Shown here: positions 30,506 to 39,733 of the stretch, one piece after another
Layout: each line of letters starts with the position of its first letter
Numbering within the stretch: position 1 is the first letter of the stretch
Source of the DNA: Rubripirellula sp.
GTDB taxonomy: Bacteria > Planctomycetota > Planctomycetia > Pirellulales > Pirellulaceae
DNA: 64,000 nt
Reading direction: 5' to 3'
Assembly (NCBI GenBank): GCA_965216875.1
Contig: OZ244207.1
Location: forward strand, 2,368,001 to 2,432,000
Program-made: the position numbers and the translations under genes
The notes under the pieces: model-generated
Seen by the model: the letters and a program-made list of their open reading frames with translations, nothing else
Databases searched by the model: none
What the model was told of the DNA's origin: nothing

Positions 30506-31126
30506 TTATGCGGCCGCATCGAGAAGACGTGTGTAGTCAACGATGTCCTGGAACCTTCCGCCGCTAAGGAACTCGACGTTCGCTCCCAATGCGAGACACT
30601 CAAAGTGCTTGGCACCTTCGCTGACGTTTGGTTCGTAACCACAGAAAGTGAAGATGAAGTGCCGCAGACGGTTCGCCGACCGAGAACCTCGGCCGCGCCC
30701 GGAACTTGATGCTCCAGAAACGGTGGTTGCCCAGGAGGAATTTGTGACCTCGTAGGAGGCACACATATCAAGATTGTCCAAGTTAATTGCGTGTGGCTGC
30801 GAATCGACGTCCCCGGCACGTTGTGCCCATGAAGCGCAACCGGTGAACTCTACGACCGCGATTCCTTCGGCCGCGCCCTGCGTCGCTTGAAAGGCAAAGA
30901 AGACAAGATTGGAACCGGGAATCACCACTCCACCAAACTCACTTCGCTTTGGCGTGACTCCGATGTCAATTTTCGTTGGTGTGTCGATGGAAACCCGACC
31001 GCGCCGAGAACGCCGTGATGCCTCCGCGACAGAGGGCAACGCGGTTGCACCCGCAACTGCGATGAGTGACGCATCACGCAAGAAGCGACGGCGTGTGTTT
31101 TCAAGAGATGTATTCGTTCGAGTCAT
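30506..31126 (-). CDS. Tat-exported hypothetical protein
   Basis: TRRRFLRD + hydrophobic stretch + AEA cleavage site. Confidence 0.7.
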   Translation of the reverse strand: MTRTNTSLENTRRRFLRDASLIAVAGATALPSVAEASRRSRRGRVSIDTPTKIDIGVTPKRSEFGGVVIPGSNLVFFAFQATQGAAEGIAVVEFTGCASWAQRAGDVDSQPHAINLDNLDMCASYEVTNSSWATTVSGASSSGRGRGSRSANRLRHFIFTFCGYEPNVSEGAKHFECLALGANVEFLSGGRFQDIVDYTRLLDAAA

Positions 31127-31343
31127 CGTCGTGGCCTTCTGCGTCTACAAGTAAATTGACGGAAAGAGATTCGAAGCCGCAAACCCTGGCTTTCCCATCC
31201 GGCGTGCATTGTAGGGTCAAACATGCCTCCCCCGCAAACGAGCCAACTGAAATCCCCTTAGATGGGAACAGCTGTCCATCACCCTTAAGTGCGTCACTAC
31301 CCTATGCTCAGTTTTGTTCACTGCACATGTTGCTTCTAAGTGG

Positions 31344-32078
31344 CTATCGCTTGAGGGCACCAAAGGCTGCGAAGCACATGTTTTTGTGTAGCACTTCGAC
31401 ACAATCAAAGCCAACCTCATCAAGCAGCGAAAGCTGGTACGAAAGCGATGCTGGCGTGTCTTCCTTTTCGATGTAGGAGAAGACCTTGTCGCGATACGCA
31501 TCGCCGCCCAGCTCGACCAGGTAATCCGAATAGCGTTGCTTGTCGGTAGCGGCGACCGAAGCATTTTCGCTCTCGATCATGTCATAGATCCAAACGCTAC
31601 CTCCTGGTCGAAGCCATCGGTACATGGACGCGAAGACGCCGCGCCACTGGGCCGGCGTACGAAGATGATGCAAGACTGCAGCGGCCAAGATCACGTCCAC
31701 CGATTCATCCGGAATTTCGAGCTCTCGAACATCTGCTTGATAGAGCGAGATCTCACTGAAACCCTCGCTTGCCAGACGCTGGCGGGCGCGCTGGAGCATC
31801 GGGTCGGAAAGGTCGACCAAGTGACAAGCGGGAACGTGCACCTCCTGTCCTCGCGTCGATCGCAGCTGCTGCAAGAACCTCAACGTGTAGTTACCAGCGC
31901 CACACCCGATGTCGAGCACATCGTTGGCTTCCGCAACGCATCCACAGGCCGCCTGGGCAATGAGCTCCAGGCAGAGAGGGGAATCAACAGCGGCCTGTTG
32001 GCCGGTTTCAAGGTTGCTGAACCGCTCGACATCGTCGTCAAAACGTGCCCGAATTTCCTCAACGGTAGATTTTGCCAT
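31344..32078 (-). CDS. Class I SAM-dependent methyltransferase
   Basis: VLDIGCGAG, VDLSDPML, AVLHHLR, LRPGG; ATG 32078. Confidence 0.9.
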   Translation of the reverse strand: MAKSTVEEIRARFDDDVERFSNLETGQQAAVDSPLCLELIAQAACGCVAEANDVLDIGCGAGNYTLRFLQQLRSTRGQEVHVPACHLVDLSDPMLQRARQRLASEGFSEISLYQADVRELEIPDESVDVILAAAVLHHLRTPAQWRGVFASMYRWLRPGGSVWIYDMIESENASVAATDKQRYSDYLVELGGDAYRDKVFSYIEKEDTPASLSYQLSLLDEVGFDCVEVLHKNMCFAAFGALKR

Positions 32079-32133
32079 CTCGATCGTGTTGGTTGGAGTG
32101 ATCTTGGAGTGGAGCGATTGTAGGCCGGAACGT

Positions 32134-32173
32134 GTAGGCCGAATCAAGGAGCGACAGCGACGCAGATCCAGCA
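32134..32173 (+). repeat. REP-like family A, copy 3
   Basis: Two mismatches to the 47521 copy; partial GTAGGCCGGA at 32120. Confidence 0.8.
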
Positions 32174-32430
32174 TGCCGCCTCCACTGGCCCCGTCTACCC
32201 TGGCGTCTACCCAGACGTCTACCCCGGCGGCGGCCGCTCCCGCGCTGCCAGCGTGCCGCATCCATCAAGTTCCCTACGAAAGCTGTAACATCGTCCACCG
32301 TTTGGGCTTGCGGAAATGCCTTCATCCGCCATACTTAGCCGCTTGCGAAATTCCGAGTGCCCCCGGATGGGCTGAAATTTCGCTGATTTATTAACTAGAG
32401 ACACACATTTGACTGGAAGGTGATCCAGCC

Positions 32431-33051
32431 ATGTCGGACGTATTGCAAGTCGAGAAGCGCGAAGAGATGGGCTCTTTGGCCACTCGACGTTTGCGTCGCA
32501 GCGGGAATGTTCCCGCGGTTTTGTACGGAAAAGGCCAAGCGAATGAGCATTTGGCAATTTCTGCAACGCAAGTAAAGCTGGTCGCCAGGAACCACATCAA
32601 GATGGTTCAACTGGATGGAGCCGTAAAAGAAACAGCACTGGTCAGCGATATGCAGTGGGATCCATTGGGGATCGAAGTACTGCACCTCGACCTGATTCGC
32701 GTGGACCTGAAAGAAAAGGTCCAAGTGACAGTTTCGATCCACGTGCACGGTGACCCTGCGGGTGTTCACGAGGGTGGCGTGTTGATTGAAAACCTCCACC
32801 AAGTCGACATCAGCTGCCCAGCATCGAGCATCCCTGAGCAAGTTGGCTTGGCGGTGACCGATCTTCACGTCGGCCAAAACGCGACGGCTGGCGACCTCGA
32901 ACTTCCCGAGGGCTGCGAATTGGTCACACCGGCCGATACCGTCGTTGCTCACGTCGAAGCACCACGCGGTGATGCTCCGGAAGTCGAAGCCGAAGCGGGA
33001 CCGACCGAACCAGAAGTGATTTCCAAGGGCGGAGAGAAAGAAGAGGAGTAG
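32431..33051 (+). CDS. rplY: 50S ribosomal protein L25 (Ctc form)
   Basis: RRLRRSGNVPAVLYG, QWDP...HLDL, C-terminal Ctc domain. Confidence 0.95.
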   Translation: MSDVLQVEKREEMGSLATRRLRRSGNVPAVLYGKGQANEHLAISATQVKLVARNHIKMVQLDGAVKETALVSDMQWDPLGIEVLHLDLIRVDLKEKVQVTVSIHVHGDPAGVHEGGVLIENLHQVDISCPASSIPEQVGLAVTDLHVGQNATAGDLELPEGCELVTPADTVVAHVEAPRGDAPEVEAEAGPTEPEVISKGGEKEEE

Positions 33052-33145
33052 AACTGGCTTGCGAGAACTTTTCGGACGCCTCTTTCATCGAAAGAGCAGT
33101 TCGGACGGTGAACTGGAGTCATCGTCAAGTGACGGCCATGAAACG

Positions 33146-33802
33146 ATGAAGCTAGTCGTAGGCCTGGGCAATCCAGGTCGCAAATACGAGCAGACGCGTC
33201 ACAACGTCGGCTTCATGGCAGCGGCAAAACTGGCATCGCTGGTCTCGGCCAGCCCCTCGAAGGTTCAGTTTGAGGGCGAGATTGCGGAGGGCCGAGTCGG
33301 CAGCGAAAAACTGCTGATCCTCTGGCCTCACACTTTCATGAATGCGAGTGGAAAAAGCGTGCGGAAGGCATGCGATTTCTATAAACTGTCGCCTGAAAAC
33401 TTGTTGGTGATTTGTGACGATTTGAACCTCCCCTGCGGTCGAGTCAGGCTCAGGCGGTCAGGTTCGGCGGGAGGCCAGAAAGGGCTTGCCGACATCATTC
33501 GTCACATGGGCACTGACCAAATCGCAAGACTACGAATCGGGATCGATCGTCCGCCCCCACAATGGAACACCGCCGACTTCGTACTCGGCAAGTTCAACAA
33601 GGACGAACAACCACCTATCGAATCGGCCACAACACTGGCTGCCAAGGCAACGATCGATTGGGTCGGCGAAGGGATGACTTTCGCCATGAACAAATACAAC
33701 GCCAATCCCAAGGGAAAGGCGGACGGCAAACAAGCCAAACCGAAACGCGAAGCGAACAACCCGGCTGAGAAGCCCTCACAAACCAACAAACCTGCCGAAT
33801 GA
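33146..33802 (+). CDS. pth: Peptidyl-tRNA hydrolase
   Basis: MKLVVGLGNPG..Y..TRHNVGF, TFMNASG, DDL.LP.G, GSAGGQKG, RLRIGI. Confidence 0.95.
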   Translation: MKLVVGLGNPGRKYEQTRHNVGFMAAAKLASLVSASPSKVQFEGEIAEGRVGSEKLLILWPHTFMNASGKSVRKACDFYKLSPENLLVICDDLNLPCGRVRLRRSGSAGGQKGLADIIRHMGTDQIARLRIGIDRPPPQWNTADFVLGKFNKDEQPPIESATTLAAKATIDWVGEGMTFAMNKYNANPKGKADGKQAKPKREANNPAEKPSQTNKPAE

Positions 33803-33845
33803 ACCAACGGGGCATTCGGGAAACTGACGGAGAGATTGACGAACC

Positions 33846-34256
33846 GTGGCTAAGAACACATACGAAACACTGTTCATTCTCGACACCAACCACTACGCCC
33901 GTGATCCTGGCGGGATCGCCAAGCAGATCGATCAGATCATCACGGAAGCTGGCGGGAACGTTTTGGTCAGTCGCTTTTGGATGGAAGCGAAGCTCGCTTA
34001 TCCAATCGACAATCACCAAAAGGGCTCGTACTGGTTGACCTACTTCGAGATGGAAGGTGATGGGCTGACCAAACTGGCACGTGAATTCAAGCTTGCTGAA
34101 CCCATCGTTCGCGAGTTGACCCTGAAGCTCGAGCCACGGTTGGTTGAACCGATCTTGGCCAACGCTCGCGGTGAAACCGTCAAGCTCGGCTCGGACGATT
34201 CGGCTGGCGAAGGCGAAGAAGCTGCCAAGCCAGAACCAGCAACCGCTGACGCGTAA
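33846..34256 (+). CDS. rpsF: 30S ribosomal protein S6
   Basis: YETLFILD, KLAYPI, GSYWL; located before ssb. Confidence 0.95.
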   Translation: MAKNTYETLFILDTNHYARDPGGIAKQIDQIITEAGGNVLVSRFWMEAKLAYPIDNHQKGSYWLTYFEMEGDGLTKLAREFKLAEPIVRELTLKLEPRLVEPILANARGETVKLGSDDSAGEGEEAAKPEPATADA

Positions 34257-34352
34257 ACAGCCCGAACCGCAATTGTTAGAATGTTGCTTTGGCGTCCAGC
34301 CAACAAAGACGTCAAGCAACCGTTTCCTTGACTAGTCCCTTTCAGGTGCGTC

Positions 34353-34820
34353 ATGGCAAGTTACAACCGCGTGATCCTGGTCGGCAACCTGACACGCGAC
34401 ATTGAACTGAAATACACACCCGGCGGAACCGCCGTGACCGACATTGGTATGGCGATGAACGATCGTCGCAAGTCGGCAAGTGGTGAATGGGTCGAGGAAA
34501 CGACCTTTGTGGATGTGACCCTCTGGGGACGCACCGCAGAAGTAGCGAGCGAATACCTCAGCAAGGGTTCGCCGATCCTGGTCGAAGGCCGATTGAAGCT
34601 CGACACCTGGGAAACCGAAGGACAAAAACGAAGCAAGTTGCGTGTTGTCTGTGACCGCATGCAAATGCTAAGTGGTGGTGGCGGCGGCGGCGGAGCCCCG
34701 CGGCAACGCACGGCAGCACCCCAGCAACATGATTACCAGCCTGCACCGTCAGGCGGGCAACCTGAAGCACAACCAACTGGAAACGGACCGGGCTACGACG
34801 ACCCCGATATCCCGTTCTAA
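34353..34820 (+). CDS. ssb: Single-stranded DNA-binding protein
   Basis: [25 protein letters not shown], Gly-rich linker, C-terminal DDPDIPF. Confidence 0.97.
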   Translation: MASYNRVILVGNLTRDIELKYTPGGTAVTDIGMAMNDRRKSASGEWVEETTFVDVTLWGRTAEVASEYLSKGSPILVEGRLKLDTWETEGQKRSKLRVVCDRMQMLSGGGGGGGAPRQRTAAPQQHDYQPAPSGGQPEAQPTGNGPGYDDPDIPF

Positions 34821-34879
34821 GTTCTCCACTGACTTACAAACAAAACACCAACCACCAATACAGTTGACGAGTATTGTCG

Positions 34880-35434
34880 ATGCCCGCAAAAACACGTACT
34901 GGCCGAAAGTTCAAACGCCCCTTCAAACGCCTTCCCAAGGGCGAGAATGGCGGTATCCAGCTGCTCCTGATTCACAACGTCGAACACCTTGGAAAACAAG
35001 GCGATATCGTTGAAGTCAAAGCTGGCTACGCCCTGAACTACCTGTTGCCTCAAGGCTTGGCCACGGTTGCTACCGATCACCACACACGCATGGTCGAAAA
35101 GCACCGCGAAAAGCTCCGCGCTCTCGAGCTGGAAAAGCTCAAAAGCTACCGCGAGCAAGCAGACGAGCTGGGCAAGCAATCGATCACCATCGAAGCCAAT
35201 GCCAACGACGAAGGCCACCTGTATGGCAGCGTTGGACCGCACGAGATCGTCGACGCTCTCAAGGGTGCCGGTTTCACGCTCGCGTTGGACCAAATCCGAC
35301 TCGAAGGCCCACTCAAAGAGCTCGGCCTGTACACTGTCAAAGTGCACCTGCACAGCGAAGTCGACGCGAGCCTGAAGGTTTGGGTCGTCCCAACGGTGGC
35401 TGCCGACGATGCAACTGGCGAATCCGCCTCGTAG
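34880..35434 (+). CDS. rplI: 50S ribosomal protein L9
   Basis: LGKQGDIVEVKAGYALNYLLPQGLA, GHLYGSV, KELGLY. Confidence 0.95.
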   Translation: MPAKTRTGRKFKRPFKRLPKGENGGIQLLLIHNVEHLGKQGDIVEVKAGYALNYLLPQGLATVATDHHTRMVEKHREKLRALELEKLKSYREQADELGKQSITIEANANDEGHLYGSVGPHEIVDALKGAGFTLALDQIRLEGPLKELGLYTVKVHLHSEVDASLKVWVVPTVAADDATGESAS

Positions 35435-35626
35435 TTTGCCCCTGACGGTACCTTCCGTCAGGTTTGCCCAGGACGAGGAACCTGGGTTCGCAAACGCGAA
35501 GTTTCCTTCGCCCTGAAGATTTCGCTATCGCCAAAGGCTCGCCAGTTCGATACCGTGTCTGCGGGTGAATAATACACCCCCATATGGTCGCCAAAAGTTC
35601 TCTGCCCCGAACTTTGGTCGACCTTC

Positions 35627-35663
35627 GTGGGGCCTCAACTGCCCCTGAGGCCCCACATTTTTT
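35627..35663 (+). terminator. Intrinsic terminator-like hairpin
   Basis: Perfect 11-bp stem GTGGGGCCTCA/TGAGGCCCCAC followed by ATTTTTT. Confidence 0.7.
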
Positions 35664-35687
35664 CCTCTCTCGCGAACTTTTTCCTCA

Positions 35688-36386
35688 ATGGACCTACCTG
35701 AGCGAGAAGCCTGGATGCATTTCAGCCAGGCCGCTAACCGAATTAGTGCGGGCGTCACCACAGCAGTCAAAGAAGACAACGGCTTCATCGAAGCCGTGAT
35801 CAAGCCGGAACCGGACTCGATTTATATCAAGTCGGCTGACAGCAAGATCCTGCTTTCCAACCCTGCGTACCTGGCTTTCTTTGCCGGTGATTTGTCGCCT
35901 GTGGGACGTCCTGGGTCTTCGTTTCTAAGCAAGTCGATCATTCCGATCTCACAGCACTCGGACGCCTTGATCCTTGATGGTTGTCGGTCCGTGCAGTTTG
36001 ACCACGTTGGTCTCGATACCAACGGCCGTCAAGTTCGCATGCTGACGCACAAAGAGTCCTTGCTTGGTCTCGGGCATCCAACGATGGCAGTCCTGGGGAT
36101 CACGCGTGTGATCGAAGTGCTTGATGACCACCCCAAAGCGAACCGGACACTCCGCGAGCTTTGGGACGCCTACAGCAAGCTCGAAGAGCTTGATCGGAAC
36201 ATTGCCATCGGACTCGCGCAAGGCAAGAGCGTCTCGGGAATTGCGTTCGAAAATGGCGTCACCAAAAAGACGATCGAGAACCACCGCTCGGCAATCCTGC
36301 GGCGACTCGGCTTCGACTCAGCCATTGACCTGGTGAAGCTGATGGTTCGATTGCAAGAGAACGGCTTCGGCGATTTTGGTGTCTAG
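35688..36386 (+). CDS. PAS-domain LuxR-family transcriptional regulator
   Basis: PAS-like (IYIKS.DSKILLSNPAY..F, D..IL, THK); HTH G.SVSGIA.ENGVTKKTIENHRSAILRRLG. Confidence 0.8.
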   Translation: MDLPEREAWMHFSQAANRISAGVTTAVKEDNGFIEAVIKPEPDSIYIKSADSKILLSNPAYLAFFAGDLSPVGRPGSSFLSKSIIPISQHSDALILDGCRSVQFDHVGLDTNGRQVRMLTHKESLLGLGHPTMAVLGITRVIEVLDDHPKANRTLRELWDAYSKLEELDRNIAIGLAQGKSVSGIAFENGVTKKTIENHRSAILRRLGFDSAIDLVKLMVRLQENGFGDFGV

Positions 36387-36450
36387 AGAAATCGGGCCTA
36401 CATCAAATCGCGATCGTTGGCTAAACTGACCGCTTCGAAGAGAAAGAGCT

Positions 36451-36533
36451 GCCGGAGTGGTGGAATTGGCAGACACGATAGATTTAGGATCTATTGAGCG
36501 TAGCTCGTGCAGGTTCAAGTCCTGTCTCCGGTA
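36451..36533 (+). tRNA. tRNA-Leu (anticodon TAG)
   Basis: Acceptor GCCGGAG/CTCCGGT, D-loop GGAATTGGCAGAC, anticodon arm ATAGA-TTTAGGA-TCTAT, long variable arm, GGTTCAAGTCC; CCA not encoded. Confidence 0.95.
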
Positions 36534-36894
36534 CTTTTTCTTCTCATGACCTCTTCTCTGCTGGTCATCTTTCAGCACCTGCCAATCTCTCTCGTTGCAG
36601 GCATCTTAAAAATAGACATGCTCGTTTTGCTGAGCATCCTTGGGACGACTCCGCTTTGGGGGCGTACTTGGCGCGACTGTACCGGTTAGCCGCCGAACAC
36701 GATCGGGTTGTATCGAGTATTTGCCTGACAAAACATTTGCGACGACCAAACGGGTGTCCTACATTTCTTTACCTGCCTGCAGCTTCGCAACCTTCATCAC
36801 GCAGTTGCGATGCTGCATCGCCGTGACCAATCCCACGTTGGTCACGGCGTTTTCATTTCTTTGAAACAAGACTCTCGAGCAGGTACTTCCCAAC

Positions 36895-37734
36895 ATGCAT
36901 CGGCGCATTGTTTTCGTTTTGTTGGCCTCCTTTGCGTTCACGCAACCACTCTTTGCCGACGACAGCCAATCGATTGCTGTAGTGACTTACAACATTCGCT
37001 ACGCCAATCCGAATGACGGAAGTGATATTTGGAGCAATCGCAAAGAAGCGGTTGCCAAATACCTTTCGCCATTCGATCTGATGGGACTCCAGGAAGTCAC
37101 GCTTGCGCAGTTGCAGTTTCTGCGCGAGCACTTGCCTCAACACGCATCCTATGGCGTCGGTCGAGACGACGGAAAAAGTGGCGGCGAACACGCGCCGATC
37201 TTCTACCGCAAAGACCGTTTCAAAATGGAAGGCCAAGGAACGTTCTGGCTAAGCGCGGCCCCCGACCAGCCTGGATCCAAGGGCTGGGACGCTGCATTGC
37301 CGCGAACATGCACCTGGATGCAACTACGAGACAAGGAGACTGACAAGTTACTCGTGGTCGCCAACACGCATTTTGACCATCGTGGCAAAAAGGCTCGCGA
37401 GGAAAGTGGCAAGCTCATTGTGCAGCGACTCACGGAGCAGTTCGACGACCTTCCGATCGTGTTGCTGGGCGACTTCAATTGCCTGGCCCAGTCCGCTCCT
37501 TACGACGCAATCGTCTCCGAGTTGACGGATGCACGTGATGCCACGATCGAGAAACCGGCAGGACCCTCGAGCACGTGGAACGGGTTCAAGGAGATCATCC
37601 CAAACCGGATCATCGATCACGTCTTTATCCGCAATATCAAAGTCGAGCGGCTGGATGTCACAGACCCCAAAACAGACCAAGGCCGTTTTGCCAGTGACCA
37701 TTTGCCCGTCGAGGTGGTCGTGCTCCAGCAGTAG
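36895..37734 (+). CDS. Endonuclease/exonuclease/phosphatase family secreted protein
   Basis: TYNIRY, GLQEV, NTHFDH, GDFN, IDHVF, SDHLPV. Confidence 0.9.
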   Translation: MHRRIVFVLLASFAFTQPLFADDSQSIAVVTYNIRYANPNDGSDIWSNRKEAVAKYLSPFDLMGLQEVTLAQLQFLREHLPQHASYGVGRDDGKSGGEHAPIFYRKDRFKMEGQGTFWLSAAPDQPGSKGWDAALPRTCTWMQLRDKETDKLLVVANTHFDHRGKKAREESGKLIVQRLTEQFDDLPIVLLGDFNCLAQSAPYDAIVSELTDARDATIEKPAGPSSTWNGFKEIIPNRIIDHVFIRNIKVERLDVTDPKTDQGRFASDHLPVEVVVLQQ

Positions 37735-37822
37735 CGCGTCATGCAAAGTATGACCTCCCATCGCCGCTACAATCAAAAAGCGGCGTGTTCCTCATCCATC
37801 CCGTTATCGGTCACACCCCACC

Positions 37823-38386
37823 ATGAACAAGATCCTGCTGCTACTCATCACGTTGACTTCGATCTCACCGGCGTTCGCGGACGACTCCAACCCCAAGACA
37901 TTCAAGGCGCGAACACTCGAGCTTGTTGTTCCTAGCGGTTGGAAGTCGAAAAAGCCCTCCAGTTCGATGCGTGTCGCCGAGTTCAGCGTGGAAGGTAATC
38001 CGAGCGCTGCAAATGTTGTCGTCTTTTACTTTGGCGGCCCAACCGGTGGTGTGAAAGCCAATGTGGAGCGTTGGATTGGTCAGTTTGAAAAAGAGGGGCT
38101 CAAGCTCGAAATGTTTCAAGGCAAATGCACGGCGGGCAGCTACATCCTGGTTGACTGTGCCGGCACTTGGAACAAACCCGATGGTCCGCCCTTCGCCCGC
38201 AAAACGATTGCCACTCCGAACAGCCGAGTGATCAACGTCATCGTCGTTGAAGAAGACGGGGACAAAACCGATTACTACTTCATGAAACTGTCTGGGCACA
38301 CCGACGTGGTATCCAAGCAAACCGAGAAAATCCGCTCCGCGATCGGCGCCAAAGCCGATTCGGAGAAACCTTTCGAGCTGAAGTAG
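37823..38386 (+). CDS. Secreted hypothetical protein
   Basis: Signal peptide; VPSGW...SSMRVAEF, GGVKANVERWIGQF. Confidence 0.75.
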   Translation: MNKILLLLITLTSISPAFADDSNPKTFKARTLELVVPSGWKSKKPSSSMRVAEFSVEGNPSAANVVVFYFGGPTGGVKANVERWIGQFEKEGLKLEMFQGKCTAGSYILVDCAGTWNKPDGPPFARKTIATPNSRVINVIVVEEDGDKTDYYFMKLSGHTDVVSKQTEKIRSAIGAKADSEKPFELK

Positions 38387-38407
38387 AGCTCGTAGCCGCA
38401 CCGAGTC

Positions 38408-39076
38408 TCACAGCGTGACAATCAGCTGCTCGGCGGCATTTTGCAAACCGTTTTGACTCAGTCTGGCGTCGGCTTGGATGATGACCTGGGGACGTCTTTG
38501 TTGACCGGCAAGCTCGCGATGTGCCATCGCGAAGGAATGGCGTCCGCCGTAGAACTGAGCAACGCAATCGGAAGGCTCCATTCCCTGGGACGGGACAAAA
38601 TCGGGATAGAGTGCAAGCGCGTTGGATCCACCGACAAGGTCTCCCATCAAACGTGCGAGTCGCAGCGAACTTTCTTGATCACGTGAAAGCACGATGACGT
38701 AACGTTTGAGTCCGGCGAAGAGTAGCCACGCCGCGATCGATGTAGCGCATTGCCCGATCATGTATTCGTTTCTTGCCCGCACCTCCACCTCACCCGTTTT
38801 CTTACCCTGCACAGCATCGTGAAAACGCGACAGGTCGAGTTCGAGCTGTCGCGAAATTTTCGGTCGAGGTAGCGCAAAACGCATAAAACTGGCGGGCGAC
38901 TGGTCAGCGTCATTTCTTGACTCGAAACTCGCGGCCCGTTTTGCACAGGCCTGTGAGCATCTCAAGTCTCCAGCCTCTTCAAACCAATCCGCGGCAACTA
39001 GCAACGCCTCAGACGATTCCGCCTCGGGGAATCCGGGCGGTCGCAGGTCGAGCTGCTGGAGTGCCAATTCGTGCAT
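38408..39076 (-). CDS. Hypothetical protein with TIGR02996-like N-terminal motif
   Basis: ALLVAADWFEEAGD motif; 222-aa ORF fills the gap between neighbours. Confidence 0.6.
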   Translation of the reverse strand: MHELALQQLDLRPPGFPEAESSEALLVAADWFEEAGDLRCSQACAKRAASFESRNDADQSPASFMRFALPRPKISRQLELDLSRFHDAVQGKKTGEVEVRARNEYMIGQCATSIAAWLLFAGLKRYVIVLSRDQESSLRLARLMGDLVGGSNALALYPDFVPSQGMEPSDCVAQFYGGRHSFAMAHRELAGQQRRPQVIIQADARLSQNGLQNAAEQLIVTL

Positions 39077-39126
39077 CGTGATCGCTTGGGTTCCGAAAGG
39101 GTGTCTAAGAAGACTATAAAAGGAAA

Positions 39127-39705
39127 ATGGTCCAGGATCCCCAACTCAAGATGAATTGGGCGTTCGAGTCACACGCCAAGTGCGCCCCACTCGAGTGCCC
39201 CGCTCCCTATCGAACACGTACCGCCGATGAGAGTGACGAGGCTGCATTTCTTTCCTTGATGCAAGATTGCGGCTGGGAGTTCACGCGAGAACGAACAGAC
39301 TATTGTTACGCGCGGTTGCTGCCCGGTGGTTGGTGGGTCGTGACCGATGAACTCGGAGCGATCGTTGCATCGGCGATGGGGCTGCACAATTATTCTGGCC
39401 GGTCACCACTTTCAGCGACGCTCGGATGGGTCGCTTGCTCTGCCGAGCATCGCGGCAACAAGCTCGGTTCGGTGGTGGTCTCAGCGGTCGTTGATCGCCT
39501 TTTGCAGATCGGATACCGCGAAATCGAGCTCTACACCGAGGCTTTCCGCCTGCCCGCAATCAAGAGCTACTTTCGCCTTGGATTTGTTCCCTACATCTAT
39601 GATCAACGCGTTCAAATGACCTGGCAGCGAGTTTGCGAAGAGATTAACGAACCGTTTGCCCCTGACTCATGGCCCTCAGGCAATAATGCATTTCCAGCCT
39701 TTTGA
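39127..39705 (+). CDS. GNAT family N-acetyltransferase
   Basis: LGWVACSAEHRGNKLG, LYTE..RLPAIKSYFRLGF. Confidence 0.85.
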   Translation: MVQDPQLKMNWAFESHAKCAPLECPAPYRTRTADESDEAAFLSLMQDCGWEFTRERTDYCYARLLPGGWWVVTDELGAIVASAMGLHNYSGRSPLSATLGWVACSAEHRGNKLGSVVVSAVVDRLLQIGYREIELYTEAFRLPAIKSYFRLGFVPYIYDQRVQMTWQRVCEEINEPFAPDSWPSGNNAFPAF

Positions 39706-39733
39706 TTCGTAGAAAGACCAAGAGTTTCAATCC

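Noticed and set aside
34283..34320. Hairpin between rpsF and ssb as a ribosomal-protein leader
   Set aside because: It lies downstream of rpsF rather than upstream, and I could not match it to a known leader motif
35434..35475. c-di-GMP-I riboswitch-like GGCAAACC...GGCAAA on the minus strand
   Set aside because: No GNRA tetraloop or second stem, and it points into the 3' end of rplI rather than a 5' UTR
36451..36894. tRNA-Leu as an integration site for a genomic island
   Set aside because: No integrase nearby, and I found no duplicate of the tRNA 3' end in the window
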